Positions 10,131 to 23,803 of a stretch of DNA of 64,000 nucleotides are shown one piece after another. The DNA comes from Microcaecilia unicolor (taxonomy: Eukaryota), in contig NC_044034.1 of assembly GCF_901765095.1 (NCBI RefSeq), positions 62,626,339 through 62,690,338 on the forward strand. Reading direction: 5' to 3'. The position numbers were made by a program, and so were the translations under genes. Below the pieces are notes generated by a model that was given only the letters and a program-made list of their open reading frames with translations, did not search any database and was not told the DNA's origin. How positions within the stretch are numbered: position 1 is the stretch's first letter; every line of letters begins with the position of its first letter.

Positions 10131-11679
10131 CCTACAACCCTTAACTTTAGTGTACAATAATGCCTTTGCTGACTGGCATCAGTGTTTTTGTTGTAGCTTG
10201 AGCCATGTTGGTTATCCTATGAGGATAATTTTATAACAGGTCACGTAGGCTATAAGCATATATCCTGTCTTCTAATATCCCAGATGCCGGGTTTTAAAAA
10301 TTGCACCATGGCACCTAGGATTTCTCACCCCAGTTAATTGCTTACTTGGCACCCACTGCCACTCATAATAGAGCACATGTACTGGGGGGGGGGGGGGGGG
10401 GATAAAGGATCATGTCCATCTGCACCATAGGAATCTTTTTACATTTGAGCTGCACTATGTACCACTCTTCTCGCCTCAGTCTCAAGAGAAGTCCGTTTTC
10501 CATTTTTTTTAAACACCTCATTACAGATGTGCCATCAAGGCAAAAGGGATGAGAAAAGGCTTAAACATGTTTCTATGTACTTAATGGCAAACATTTACAC
10601 CTGCTTCCGAGCAGGCCTAAATATCTGTGGTTTCATTGTAGCTGCAATTTTTGCAGCTTTTCTGGGACAAATGTATACAAACACATGTGCCTTTAAAAAG
10701 TAGGGCCAAAATAGGTGCTCACTTATCCTCCCAGCCTAGGTGACCTGCTTTAAAATTGGGCTTACAGGGAGCAGTGTTCATTGTCATCATATCCAGTTCA
10801 TGTTAATCATATAATTATTTAATTATCTTTAACTGGGTCTCATTGTTACCATTTTGAATCTGGTGCTGCCAGGAGAAGGAACAACTGAGGATTGGCCCTT
10901 CCCAGGATCACCTAGACCGCCAAGAATTGTTTCAGGTAGGCTGGAGGGTGTAAGGGGGGGGGGGGGTATCTGCATATTAGTAAGTCTCATGGTGAACTAA
11001 TCTGTGGTGAAATGGTTTTTTATTTGTTATTTACCGCAGCTTTGCAATTCCCTCCCCACTCCCCAAATGTCAGTGCTATCTGACCTTGGCATGCCTGTTT
11101 CCCCTCCCACAGTTAACTGGATAAGTTTTGACCAGATATCAAGCTGTCTAGCTAAAATCTAGTCTCTGCAGTGGTGAGGGAACCCAGGGAAAAATGAAAC
11201 CCAGCGATTTGTTCAGGTTACACCAAAATTTGCCTGGAAAAATAATTTTAATATCAACTTTGTAGCTTTCTATGTTGTTTTTCATCTTCCTTTTTCCTCT
11301 TTCATACTTTCCACTCTAATATTGCCCACCAATATTCTTTTTGTTCATTGGTATTGTGTAGCAGTTGACTTTTGGCTTTCATATCCTTCAAAATGAAATG
11401 CCATTGTCTGTCATGCCAACCAGGAATTGCACCAGTCATCATCCAATATCTCCCTGCTGCAGTGTGCCCACCTCTTGATATCTTTCTATTTCCATGACTT
11501 TACCATAGTTACAGATAATCTCATTTTCTTTAGAAATTGTTGCAAAGTTGTATCTAAAATTTGTAGGAAAACAAGTGGCAGTAGTAGTATTATATGCAGG
11601 AAAAGATGTACTAAATGTATATGGTTTCTGGGAAGCATTATACCAGTGTTATACCATGATTTGTTGTATGTTTCATTAG

Positions 11680-11776
11680 GTTCCGTGTCTGATGGAGCAG
11701 GAACTCATGGTAGGAAGTGCGTGCAAATCTAGTTCATCCCTGAACACTGGATTGTTTGGGTCAGCCTCTGGAGCCA
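11680..11776 (+). other. candidate exon (copy 1, exon b): FG/GLFG-type peptide 'VPCLMEQELMVGSACKSSSSLNTGLFGSASGA'
   Basis: Acceptor 'tttcattag|' and donor 'GAGCCA|gtaagtaaag'. Only the phase-0 frame is open, matching the phase-0 end of the exon at 9850. The paralog at 23804-23900 has identical boundaries. Confidence 0.35.
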
Positions 11777-13134
11777 GTAAGTAAAGGCCTAACTTCCAAT
11801 TCTTATGGTAATGGGGTTTTAGGAGTCTAATAAATTGCCTTTCTGAAGAAGTGGTCAGTACAAAAAAAGAGAGGCAATATGGATCTGTAGATGAAAGCGG
11901 TCAGAAGAATAGAACGGATCACAGTGTGTTTTGAACTTCATTGTGATCCGTTCTGTTCTTTCTAAAGAAGTTCCATCTCAGTGGGACTTAAAGATGGACA
12001 GGGAGGATAAAAGGCTTTGCTTATTGTAAAGGAAGAAGGGGGTTCAAAAGGTAGACAGTAAAAGAAAAAGGGTTGAATCAAAGTGAGGAGAGAGCACAGA
12101 ATAAGTAAGGGTATATAATAATTTTAGGGATGAGATTTAGAAAGGAACAGATGAGATCAAGACTTTAAATCAGAGCACGCAGAAGGATCAATTAAATATA
12201 TGGATGGATGGAGAACCGGTAGAGTGACTCAAGCAGGAAAAAACAAAATACAGACATGCAGGAGAAGGAAATGGTTCTTACTACTGCATTCTGAATGAAT
12301 TCCAAGGTAGCAAGGTAAGAAATGGGTAAACCAGAAATAAGGTAACTTCAATATTCAATGTGAGAGAGGATTGGAGCGTTGAGTATTTTGGCTCTAATGG
12401 AACAGAACAGGAGCGAAATTTCAACTTTATGGATAATCAATAGAAATAGAATACAATAAAACATGGAAAAGAAAATAAGCTGATACCTTTTTTATTGGAC
12501 TAACTTAATAACATTTTTGATTAACTTTCGAAGGTAGCCCTTCTTCAACAGATCAGAAATAAGCAAATTTTGATAAGTAATAGCATATATAAGTGAAACT
12601 TTATGGAGGAAGAAGTGAAAAAGTTTTTTTGTTAGGAGAGTGGAAAAAGCATGTAGACTGAATTTCAGGGTGTTTTGAGAGGTTGGTTGCAGGGAAGGTC
12701 CAGTTAGGGAATGTTTGGAAGGGAGGAGCACTATGAGAGAACAGAGCTACAGAGCCCCAGAAGTTAAAGGAGTATAGAAGTGCTTAGAGGTATCAAAAGA
12801 AGAAGAAATATAAAGAAAGATGCTAGTTACACAGCTTAAGTGAGCGAAAAATTATTTTCTCACATTTATTTTAAATCTGCTATTTGCTAGTTTCAGGGAG
12901 TGCCCCTGAGTAATTTTTGAAAGCATAAACTATTGTCTTTACTCTCTGTTTCTTTGTTAGGGGGCAATTGCCATTATCATTTCTGTTGTACTTCTCTGCA
13001 CCTTGTCTAGTTTTTCCAGTGAGAATACTGACCTTTAGTTTAGCTTTCCCCCCCCTATCTTTAACCAGTTACCAACACATAATAGGACATTGCATTCTAT
13101 CCCATGACTTTTTAATTTCTTGAGGAGTCTGTTA

Positions 13135-13330
13135 TGAGGGATTCTACTACTACTACAATTTATCATTTCTATAGAACTACAAGGCATATGCAGTGCTGTA
13201 CACCATACACAAAAAAGACAGTCCCTGCTCAAAGAGCTTACAATCTAGATACCGGTAAGACAGGTAAACAGACAGAACAATTAAGGGTAAGGGGATAAAT
13301 AGGTGAGGATAAAGGACAGGGCAAGTGAGT
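13135..13330 (+). repeat. SINE-like repeat, family A ('...cagtgctgtaca...acagtccctgctcaaagagcttacaatctag...')
   Basis: Second copy at 59208-59410 sharing 'ctactactac' head and 'CAGTCCCTGCTCAAGGAGCTTACAATCTAA' core. Confidence 0.35.
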
Positions 13331-13959
13331 AGTGGTTAGGATTCTATCAAATATCTTCTGAAAATCCAGATACATTGCATCAACCAACTTCCTATTATAT
13401 TTTACTAGCTTGGTAAGACAAGACTTTTATTAGATAAATTCATGCTATCTATTTCCTATTAAATCACGTCTATACATATACCTAGTCGGGCAGCAGAATG
13501 CCTTTTTGTTTGGAGGGCCAAGCTCTGCCTCCAACCCCACCCATGGTCTGTCCCCAGCTCCAGCATATCCCCTTACCTAACATCCCATAACCCTCCCCCT
13601 CCCATGGCATGCAGCATCCTTCCCTACCTTTGAACCTCCCACCACAGTGCCTAGTATTTCTCTCCTCCCCCCCCCACCCCATATCCAGCAATTCTCTGCC
13701 CCCCCCCCCCACGACATGTTTTGTGCCTTACCTCCAAAAGCATAGAGGCCAGCTGGCGCGGGGACTTGATCATCTGTGCATGCTTATGGCCTGCCTGCTC
13801 CCTCCCCCTCCAAACTTCTTATTTCATGCTCATGGCCCCGCGCCTGCCACCTTCAGTGCTTTTGGTGCTGAGCCCATTGGAGTATTGCTGCCCTTGAGGA
13901 GGGAGGTAAGGTACTAAACTCGTTGTAGGGAGAGAGGAAGGTGGAGAGAAGGAGAAACA

Positions 13960-15240
13960 TAGAAACATGACGGCAGATAAAGGCCATATGGCCCATCCAG
14001 TCTGCCCATCCTCTTTAACCCCTAACTCTTCCTTCTAAGCAATCCCACATGCTTATCCCATGGCTTTTAAAATTCTGACACAGTTCTTGACTCCGCAACC
14101 TCCACCTGGAGGCCATGCCATGCCTCCACCACCCTTTCTGTGAAATAATACTTTCTTAGATTACTTCTAAGCCTATTCCCTATTAACTTCATCGTATGCC
14201 CCCTTGTTTCAGAGCTCTCCTTCAGTAGAAAAAGGCTCACTTCCTGTACATAAATGCCCTTGAGATATTTAAACGTCTCTATCATGTCTCCTCTCTCCCT
14301 CCTCTCTTCCAGCATTTACATGTTGAGGTTCATAAGCCTGTCCCTATATTTTTTGTGTTCAAGACCGCTTACTAATTTTGTAGCCGCCCTGTGGACTGAC
14401 TCCATCCTGTTTATATCTTTTTGTAGGTCCGGTCTCCAGAACTGCACACAGTACTCTAAATGGGGCCTCACTAGAGACTTATACAATGGCACTATCACCT
14501 CCTTTTGCTGGAAGAGGGGGTGGTGGTTGGGAGGCGAGGATAGGGGAGGGCAGACTTATACGGTCTGTACCAGAGCCGATGATGGGAGGCGGGACTGGTG
14601 GTTAGGAGGCGGGAAATACTGCTGGGCAGACTTATATGGTCTGTGCCCTGAAAAGGACAGGTACAAATTCAAGGTAAGGTATACACATATGAGTTTGTCT
14701 TGGGCAGTCACCCCCAAGTCCCGCTCTTCCTTTGTACACTGAAGCACTTCACCCCTTATACTGTACCATTCCCTCAGATTCTTGCAACCCAAATGCATGA
14801 CCCTGCATTTTTGGGGATTAAATCTTAGTTGACTAATATCAGGCCATTCCTCCAGCTTCGCTAGGTCCTTCTTCATGTCATTCACATCCTCCAGGGTGTC
14901 CACCTGATTGCAGAGTTTGGTATCATCCGCAAAGAGACAAACCTTACCAGACAGCCCTCCTGCAATATCGCTCACAAAGATGTTAAAAAGAGCCGGCCCA
15001 AGGACCGATCCCTTTGGTACTCCACTGACAACATCCTTTTCTTCAGAGCAAGTTCCATTTACCACTACCCTCTGGGTTAAAAATTGGTTGAATGGAAGGA
15101 GACAATCATATACTCTAGATCCCGTACCAAGGGCACTCAATTTATTTATCAGTCGCCTATGCGGAACTGTGTCAAAGGCTTTGCTGAAATCCAAGTACAC
15201 CACATCAATCGCCCCTCCCACATCCAACTGTTTGGTCACC
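13960..15240 (-). mobile_element. CR1-like LINE, 3' half (RT, C-terminal domain, 3'UTR), interrupted near 14500-14700 by a plus-strand CR1 3'UTR fragment
   Basis: ORF 14556..15239 carries 'VVYLDFSKAFDTVPH', '[16 protein letters not shown]', 'FADDTKL' and 'MHLG'. ORFs 14316..14498 and 14067..14315 carry CR1 C-terminal '[21 protein letters not shown]' and 'RGDMIETFKYL...RGHTMKL'. The 3'UTR tail has 'ggatgggcagactggatgggccatatggcc' (reverse complement) at 13960-14040. Confidence 0.7.
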
Positions 15241-15339
15241 TAGTCGAAAAAGTCAGTCAAATTCGTCTGACACGAGAAGTTGGAGCAATGTTCCCTCTAA
15301 GGACTGACATTGACATGAGCAAAAATTTTATAAGTACAT

Positions 15340-15720
15340 AAGTAGTGCCATACTGGGAAAGACCAAAGGTCCATCTAGCCCAGCATCCTGTCACCGACAG
15401 TGGCCAATCCAGGTCAAGGGCACCTGGCACGCTCCCTAAACGTAAAAACATTCCAGACAAGTTATACCTAAAAATGCGGAATTTTTCCAAGTCCATTTAA
15501 TAGCGGTCCTGAACATGGGTCAGTCGGTCCTAAGAGATAGGCGAGCGCCGTTCGGAAGGGAATCTATCCTTTAGGAATCTATCTAACCCCTTTTTAAACT
15601 CCGTCAAGCTAACCGCCCGTACCACGTTCTCCGGCAACGAATTCCAGAGTCTAATTACACGTTGGGTGAAGAAAAATTTTCTCCGATTCGTTTTAAATTT
15701 ACCACACTGTAGCTTCAACT
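15340..15720 (-). mobile_element. CR1-like LINE 3' end fragment (C-terminus + 3'UTR)
   Basis: ORF 15530..15718 'MKLQCGKFKTNRRKFFFTQRVIRLWNSLPENVV...'. 3'UTR 'cataagtagtgccatactgggaaagaccaaaggtccatctagcccag' at 15340-15400. Confidence 0.55.
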
Positions 15721-16180
15721 CATGCCCTCTAGTCCTAGTATTTTTGGATAGCGTGTTACATTACATTGTGATCACTTCTTGCAGATAACACACACACATA
15801 AGTAAACATTCACAGGGAGGCTGAATAGAATTCCATGAGACACGCATTTCCCCCTGTACTATGCAAATATAAAGATAGAAGATACAAATTCCCAAAACTA
15901 ACAAATACAAATAAAACAAATGTGATGATACCATTGTATTGGACTAACTATATTTTCAATTAGCTTTCAGAGGCCAAAACCTCTTTCCTGTGGTCAGGAC
16001 AGTATACTGCTGTTATAGTATTCTGTTGTGATAAGAGAATGTATTAAAATTAGTCCAATAAATGTATCACCTTATTTCCTTATTTTGTATTAACACAGCT
16101 ACTACACTACGTTATCCTAAACTGAAAATAAAATTCATTTTTTCCATCTTCTGTTATTTGGCTGTTTACTTTTTCTAATA

Positions 16181-16400
16181 TTGTTGGTCCCAATCTCTTG
16201 TTTCTGGTTTCCTCATTGTTGTCTTAACTGTCACCAGTGTCTGCCCCCTTTGTCTCTCTTCCCCCTTTCCATCCATTGTCTCCCCCCCTCTCTCTTTCTC
16301 TCCCCTTCCTATCCATTGTCTGCGCTCTTTCTCTCTCTCTCTCCCTCACATCCTAGCGTCTGCCCTCTCTCACTCTCATTCTTTCCATCCCCCGCCCCAT
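16181..16400. repeat. CT-rich low-complexity tract
   Basis: 'ctctctttctctcccc...' composition. ORF 16181..16402 is a composition artefact. Confidence 0.55.
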
Positions 16401-16439
16401 AGTACTATTTGCTTTCATTTACTGTTTTATTATTTTTCT

Positions 16440-19400
16440 ATGCACTTTTACATAAGAACATAAGAGTAGCCATACTTGGTCAGACCAATGGTCCATCTAG
16501 ACCAGTATCCTGTTTCCAAATAGTGGCCAAGCCAGGTCACAAGTTCCTAGCAAAAATCAAATTAGTAGCAACATTCCATGCTACCAGTCCTGGGGCAAGC
16601 AGTTGCTTCTCCATGTCTGTCTGAATAGCAAACTATGGACTTTTTCTCCACGAACTTTTCCTAACCTTTTTTAAACCCAGATACGCTAACTGCTGTTACC
16701 ACAATCTTCAGCAAAGAGTTCAAGAGCTTAACTATACATTGAGTCAAAAAATATTTGCTCCTATTTGTTTTAAAAGTATTTCCATGTAACTTCCTTGAGT
16801 ATCCCCTAGTCTGTACTTTTGGAACGAGTAGAAAATCGTTTTCTACTCGTTCTACACCACTCAGGATTTTGTAGAGCTCAATCATATCTCCCCTCATCGG
16901 TCTCTTTTCCAAGCTGAAGAGCCCTAACCTCTTTAGCCATGCCTCATACATGAGGATTTCCATCCCCTTCATCATTATTGTCGCTCTTCTTTGAACCATT
17001 TCTAATTGTTATGCATAACTAAAATCTAAAATAAAGATATTAAAAGCTAAAAAACAAAACAAAACCATTTCTAATTCCTCTAAATCTTTTTTTGTGATAC
17101 GGTATCCAGAACTGAACACAGTACTCAAAGTGCAGTCGCACCATGGAGCAATACAGAGGCATTATAGTGTTTTTGGTCTTATTCACTATTCCTTTCCTAA
17201 TAGTTCCTAGCATCCTGTTTGTTTTTTTGGCTGCCACCACACACTGAGCAGACGATTTCAACTTATTATCTACGACGACACCTAGATCTTTTTCTTGAGT
17301 GCTGACACCCAAGGTGGACCCTTGCATCAAGAAACTATGATTCAGATTATACTTTCCAATGTGCATCACCTTGCATTTGTCCACATTAAATTTCATCTGC
17401 CATTTGGATGCCCAGTCTTCCAATTTCCTAAGATGTTCCTTCAGTGTTTCACAGTCCGCATGTATTTTAACAACCGTGAATAGTTTTTTATCATCTGCAA
17501 ATTTAATCACCTCACTTGTCCCAGTACTGATCCCTGTACCGATAGCACCAATCTCAGTACCGATCCTTGCGGAACTCCACTGGCCACCCTCCTCCTTTGA
17601 GAGAAATGACCATTTAAGCCTTCCCTCTGTTTTCCGTCCAATAACCAATTTCTAATCCACACCAGAACCTTGCCTCCTATCCCATGACTCTTTAATTTTC
17701 TCAGGAGTCTCTCATGAGGAACTTTATCAAAAGGTTTCTTAAAATCTAAATACTACATCAACCGGCTCACCTTTATCCACATGTTTATTTATGCCTTCAA
17801 AGAAATTAATCAAATTGGTGAGGCAAGACTTTCCTTGGCTGAAGCCATGCTGACTCTGTTCTAATTAAACCATATTTGTCTATGTGTTCGGTAATTTTAT
17901 TCTTTATAATAGTTTCCACTATTTTGACTGGCACTGACGTCAGGCATACCAGTCTGTAATTTCCCGGATCACCCCTAGAACCCTTAAAAAAAAAATTGGT
18001 GTCACATTGGTCACCCTCCGATCTTCAGATACTACAGATGATTTTAGTGACAGGTTACATATTACTAACAGCAGATCAGCAATTTCAAGCTTGAGTTCTT
18101 TGAGTAATCTTGGATGTATACCATCCGATCCAGGTGATTTACTACTCTTTAATTTGTCAGTACATCTTCCAGGTTCACTGAGACTTATTTCTCTGTATCA
18201 TCACCCTTGAAAACCATTTCCGGTACAGGCCGCTCTCTTATATCTTCTTCCTAAAGACAGAAGCAAAGAATTCATTCAGTTTCTCCTCCTTGGCCATGTC
18301 CTCCCTGAGTGCCCATTTTGCTCCTTTGTGATCTAACGGTCCCACAGATTGCCTCGCAGGCTTTCTTCTGATGTACCTAAAATAGTTGTTACTGTGAGTT
18401 TTAGCCTTTGCGGCAAGTTTCTCTTCATCTTCTCTTGTAGCCTTCTTTATTAATGCTTTGCATCTGACTTGCCAGTGCTTATGTTGCTTCTTATTTTCTT
18501 CATTTGGCCTCTTTTACTTCACCTTTTAAACAGGCTGGCTGTCGTTTTCTCTTCTTTCTACCTTAGCAAATACGTGGAATGCATCTGATCTGGGCTTCCA
18601 GGATGGTATTTTGAATAACATCCTTGCCTTATTTAGAGTCCTAACCTTAGCAGCTGATCCTTTTAATTTCTTTTTCCTCATTTTATTATAGTCGCTCATT
18701 CGAAAATTAAATGCATCTACAATAGATTTCCTTCGTGGGTTCATCCCAGATAGTAGCTCAAACTTGATAACATTATGATCACTGTTTCCCAGGCAGACCC
18801 AACATCGCCATCTCTCGCACTATGCCTTGCATGCCACCAAGGACCAGATCCAAAGTGGCTTACCCTCTTGTCAGTTCCTGGACCAGTTCTTCCTAGAAGC
18901 AGTCATTTATTACATCTAGAAATTTTATCTCCCTGGCACTCCCTGATGCAACGTAAATATTTCTTGGTATCTCTGTTCAATCCCAGTGGACAATAGTACA
19001 GGACAAGAATATTCCTTCCCTTCGCACATGGAATTTCTAGCCATAATGATTCCACGCTGCTATCTTTGTTATGTGGAATGGTTATTTTATATGACTCAAT
19101 TCCCTCTTTAACATATAGCACAACCCCCTTCCATTTTGATCCTCTCTGTCATTGCAATATATCATTTGTACCCTGTTAACACAGTGTCCCATTGATTGTC
19201 CTTTTTCCACTAAGTCTCTGAGATGCCTATTATATCTACCTCATCATTTAGTGCTATATACTCTTCCTTCTTATTTTTTAGGCTTCTAGCATTTGTATAC
19301 AGGCCCTTCATATTGTGTTTTTTCCTTTGATTTACAAGCTGCTTAGAAGTTGAAGGGGATAATTTGCATCCTTTATCCTGCTCTCTCATTAAACACACCT

Positions 19401-19500
19401 GGCTTACTTTCAGCACTGTTGAAACTTCTCTACTGGGATTCCCTAAATGTCCTGTTTCAATAGTATCCTTCAAGGATATTCCACACTGAACCATTTGCTC
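16440..19500 (-). mobile_element. CR1-like LINE, degraded near-full-length copy (EN start through 3'UTR)
   Basis: ORF 19210..19494 has the EN N-terminus '...NARSLKNKKEEYIALNDEVDIIGISET'. ORF 17040..17648 has RT motifs 'FADDKKLF' and 'MHIGKYNL'. ORF 16661..16999 has the C-terminus 'RGDMIELYKIL...KLHGNTFKTNRSKYFLTQ'. The 3'UTR at 16440-16660 is 'cataagaacataagagtagccatacttgg...'. Confidence 0.65.
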
Positions 19501-19855
19501 CTGGGCGACTGTCGGCTTTCCCCCGCATTGTAGTCTAAAAGCTGCTCTATCTCCTTTTTAAAGCGCCATCTCCATCCATGTTAAGGCAGAGGCCATCCTT
19601 TCGGAACAGTCTCCCCCTTTCCCAGAACGTTGCCCAGTTCCCAACAAATTTAAATCCCTCATCCCTGTGCCATCGTCTCAACCATACATTGAGACTTCGG
19701 AGCTGTGCCTGCCTTTTGGGTCCTGCATATGGAACAGGGAATATTTCTGAAAATGCAACCCTAGAGGTTCTTGATTTGAGCTTTCTAGCCAAGAGCCTAA
19801 ATTTGGCTTCCAGAACCTCTCTTCCACATTTTCATTTGAAGGAGTAAACAAACAT

Positions 19856-20930
19856 GTGGACAAAGGGGAACCGGTTGATATTGTGTATCTGGATTTTCAA
19901 AAGGCGTTTGACAAGGTACCTCATGAAAGGCTACAGAGGAAATTGGAGGGTCATGGGATAGGAGGAAATGTCCTATTGTGGATTAAAAACTGGTTGAAGG
20001 ATAGGAAACAGAGAGTGGGGTTAAATGGGCAGTATTCACAATGGAGAAGGGTAGTTAGTGGGGTTCCTCAGGGGTCTGTGCTAAGACAGCTGCTTTTTAA
20101 TATATTTATAAATGATTTGGAGATAGGAGTAACTAGCGAGGTAATTAAATTTGCTGATGACACAAAGTTATTCAAAGTTCTTAAATCGCGACAGGATTGT
20201 GAAAAATTACGAGACTGGGAGACTGGGCGGCTAAATGGCAGATGACGTTTAATGTGAGCAAGTGCAAGGTGATGCATGTGGGAAAAAAGAACCTGAATTA
20301 TAGCTACGTCATGCAAGGTTCCACGTTAGGAGTTACGGACCAAGAAAGGGATCTGGGTGTCGTCGTCGATAATACACTGAAACCTTCTGCTCAGTGTGCT
20401 GCTGCGGCTAGGAAAGCGAATAGAATGTTGGGTATTATTAGGAAAGGTATGGAAAACAGGTGTGAGGATGTTATAATGCCGTTGTATCACTCCATGCTGC
20501 GACCGCACCTTGAGTATTGTGTTCAATTCTGGTCGCCGCAACTCAAGAAAGATATAGTAGAATTGGAAAAGGTGCAGCGAAGGGTGACTAAAATGATAGC
20601 GGGGATGGGACGACTTCCCTATGAAGAAAGATTAAGGAGGTTAGGGCTATTCAGCTTGGAGAAGAGACGGCTGAGGGGAGACATGATAGAGGTACATAAA
20701 ATAATGAGTGGAGTGGAACAGGTGGATGTGAAGCGTCTGTTCACGCTTTCCAAAAATACTAGGACTAGGGGGCATGATATGAAACTACAGTGTAGTAAAT
20801 TTAAAACAAATCGGAGAAAATTTTTCTTCACCCAACGTATAATTAAACTCTGGAATTCGTTGCCGGAGAAAGTGGTGAAGGCCCAGTTCTTAAACTAATT
20901 GTGAAATTTTCTGGACAAAAAGAGTAGTCT
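19856..20930 (+). mobile_element. CR1-like LINE, 5'-truncated (RT through C-terminus), one frameshift
   Basis: ORF 19856..20245 has '[20 protein letters not shown]', '[16 protein letters not shown]' and 'FADDTKLF'. ORF 20242..20898 has 'KCKVMHVGKKN', '[13 protein letters not shown]', 'RGDMIEVHKIM' and 'RGHDMKLQCSKFKTNRRKFFFTQR'. Confidence 0.75.
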
Positions 20931-20990
20931 GTAAATGTAAGTAGAGTAATCACTTTTTATTTAGAAATAGTTGTATGAGTACCATTGCAG

Positions 20991-21188
20991 TCCAATAATA
21001 TGGATGACTTTTGTCTTATTTACTTTTCTTATTGTGTAGGTACAAGTGCTTTTCAATCTAAAATGGTGTCAAATGGAATCTCTTCCCAGAGAGCTCCATC
21101 TCTGTTCAGCATGCCCTGTATGGAGGCACCTATGTCACAGGCCTTTGGAAGTTTAAGTACCTTGGAAGAATCGCAGTCATCTTCAATG
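20991..21188 (+). other. candidate exon (copy 2, exon a), paralog of 9656-9850
   Basis: Acceptor 'ccattgcag|' and donor 'ATG|gtaagt' at 21189. 63 open codons from ATG 21000: 'MDDFCLIYFSYCVGTSAFQSKMVSNGISSQRAPSLFSMPCMEAPMSQAFGSLSTLEESQSSSM'. Confidence 0.35.
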
Positions 21189-21289
21189 GTAAGTAATACA
21201 TGTTTGATTCTGCAGCTTGGGTACTACACAGAAAGTGATTTTTCTTCTTTTTTCCTAGTACAGGGATGCAGGAGTTCAGTTGTCGAGTG

Positions 21290-21425
21290 CAGCAAACAGG
21301 TCAGGTTTTCAGGATAACCCTAATGAATGTGCGTGAGAGAGATTTGCTTACAATGGAGATAGTTTCCATTCAGATCTCGCTCATGCATATTCATTATGGA
21401 TATTCTGAAAACCTGACCTGTTTTT
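21290..21425. mobile_element. short palindromic MITE (same family as 9950-10130), inside the duplicated block
   Basis: 'caggtcaggttttcaggataaccctaatgaatgtg...cattatggatattctgaaaacctgacctg'. Confidence 0.45.
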
Positions 21426-23803
21426 CTGCACTCGAGGACTGAACTCCTACATCCCTGTCCTAGTGTACGTATCCCTTTGCTGACTGACATCAGTGTTTTT
21501 GTTGTAGCTTGAACCATATTTGATTTACTGAAGGTCATAGAAGATATATTTGCTTGAGTTGGTTATACTGTGAGGATAATTTTATAACAGGGCAGCTAGG
21601 CTATGAACACACATGGGCGTATTTTCTGGCTTCTAATATCCCAGATGCCGGGTTCTAAAAATTGCACCATGGCACCTGGGATTTCTTACCCCAATTATTT
21701 CCTTATTTGGCAGCCACTCAGAATAGAGCACATGTACTGGTGGTGGTGGTGGTGGGGAGGGGGGGGGGGGGGGGGGGGGATAAAGGACCATGTCCATCTG
21801 CACCATGGGAATCTCTTTACATTTGAGCTGCACTATGCACCACTCTTCTCACCTCAATCTCAAGAGACTTCCATTTTCCATTTTTATTTAACACAACTCA
21901 TTATAGATGTGCCATCAAGGTGAAATGAATGAGACCATCTTGAACATGTTTGTATGTACTTAATGGTAAACATTTACACCTGCTTGCGAGCAGGCATAAA
22001 TGTCTGTGGTTTCATTGTAGCTGCAATTTTTGCAGCTTTTCTGAGGAAATGTATACACACATGTGCCTTTAAAAAGAAGGGCCAAAATAGGTGCTCACTA
22101 TCCCTCCCAGCCTAGGTGACCTGCTTTAAAATGGGCTTACAGGGAACAATATTCACTGTCATCATATTCAGTTCGTTAATCATATAATTATTTAATTATT
22201 TTTAACTGGATATATCAAGTGACTTATCCAGTTAAGCCTAATCTGCTGAATATAGTCAATTAAAGATAACTGTTATCTGTTATCTTAGGCTTGTCATATA
22301 TGCAGCCAGATTTAACCAGAAATGTTTTACCAGATAGCTCTAAAGGGGGTAGTTATAATACACAATTTTTGACTGTAACTTGGCATTAAATGGCAAAATT
22401 ATACATTGTTTTACTGTAACACATGCAAATAACCTAATTATTATTCTAATAAAGTAACAAAAATTAACCCTGCAAGTTCCATTATCCGTGGAAATACAGT
22501 GCAAGCTCAAAGCTGGCATTAATTGTCCTGCTTAGGAGCATCTGTCCACTAACATGTGGCCCAGTGACCCTAGCCATCATCATAAAGGGGCTAGGACTGC
22601 ACAAAGCTGAACAGTGTTCCCCATCCCAAACATTCCCACCTCCTTGTAGGCTACCTCTATCCATTCCTGGTGGTATAGGGAGTCTGGGGTAGGAACAATC
22701 CCCAGTACCCTTACATGGTGGCTGACTCTTTGTTGTAGTACTATGAGACTACCACTAGGGCTGATTGGTGTCACTTTGAATCTGGTGCTGCCAGGGGAAG
22801 GAGCAACTGAGGATTGCCCCTACCCTGGATCACCTAGACCACCAAGAATTGATTGAAGTAGGCTGGGGGAGGAATATCTTTAAGGGGAAAGGGAGCACTG
22901 ATCAGCTTTGTGCAGCTCCACTCCTTTTCCCTAGGAGCATTGGGCCATGCAAGCTTTGTGCAGCTCCACCCCCTTTCCCTAGGAGCATCGGGCCATGCAT
23001 TAGTAGCCACTTGCTTCCAGGGAGCAGAATAATGGATCTTGCATTATTGATTACAAGTTGCATTATTAATTTCCTACAGGAGCCACTAACCTGCGGTGTT
23101 GAGTTACTAAACATTAGTAAGTCTCATGGTAAACTAATCTGTGGTAAAATGCCTTTTTATTTTTTTATTGCAGCTTTATAACCTCCCCCACTAAATGTCA
23201 GTGCTATCTGTCCTTGGCATGCCTGTTTCCCCTCCCACAGTTAAGTTTTGACCAGATATCAAGCTGTTTTGCTAAACTCTACAGTGACTGCAGTGGTATG
23301 AGAACCCAGGGAAAAATGAAACACAGTGATTTGTCCAGGGAACACCAAAAATTGCCTGGAAAAATAATTTTAATATCAACCTTGAAGCTTTCTAAGTTGT
23401 TTTTCATCTTCCTTTTTTCTTGTTTCATACTTTCCACTCTAATATTACCCACCAATATTCTTTTTGTTCACTGGTATTGTGTAGCAGTTGATTTTTTGGC
23501 TTTCATATCCTCCAAAATGAAATGCCATTGTCTATCATGCCAACCAGGAATTGCACCAGTCATCATCCAATATCTCCCTGCTGCAGTGTGCCCACCTCTT
23601 GATATCTTTCTATTTCCATGACTTTACCATGGTTACAGATAATCTCATTTTCTTTAGAAATTGTTGCAAAGTTGTATCTAAAATTTGTAGGAAAACAAGT
23701 GGCAGTAGTAGTATTTTATGCAGGGAAAGATGTACTAAATGTATATGGTTCCTGGGAAGCATTATACCAGTGTTATACCATGATTTGATTTATGTCTCAT
23801 TAG

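Noticed and set aside
10384-10401. G or C homopolymers as telomeric or centromeric sequence
   Set aside because: They are isolated mononucleotide runs embedded in unique or TE sequence, with no TTAGGG-type or satellite periodicity.
19547-19792. 81-aa minus-strand ORF '[18 protein letters not shown]...' between two CR1 copies
   Set aside because: It could be a remnant of CR1 ORF1 or upstream sequence of the 16440-19500 element. No recognisable motif, so it was not annotated as a separate feature.
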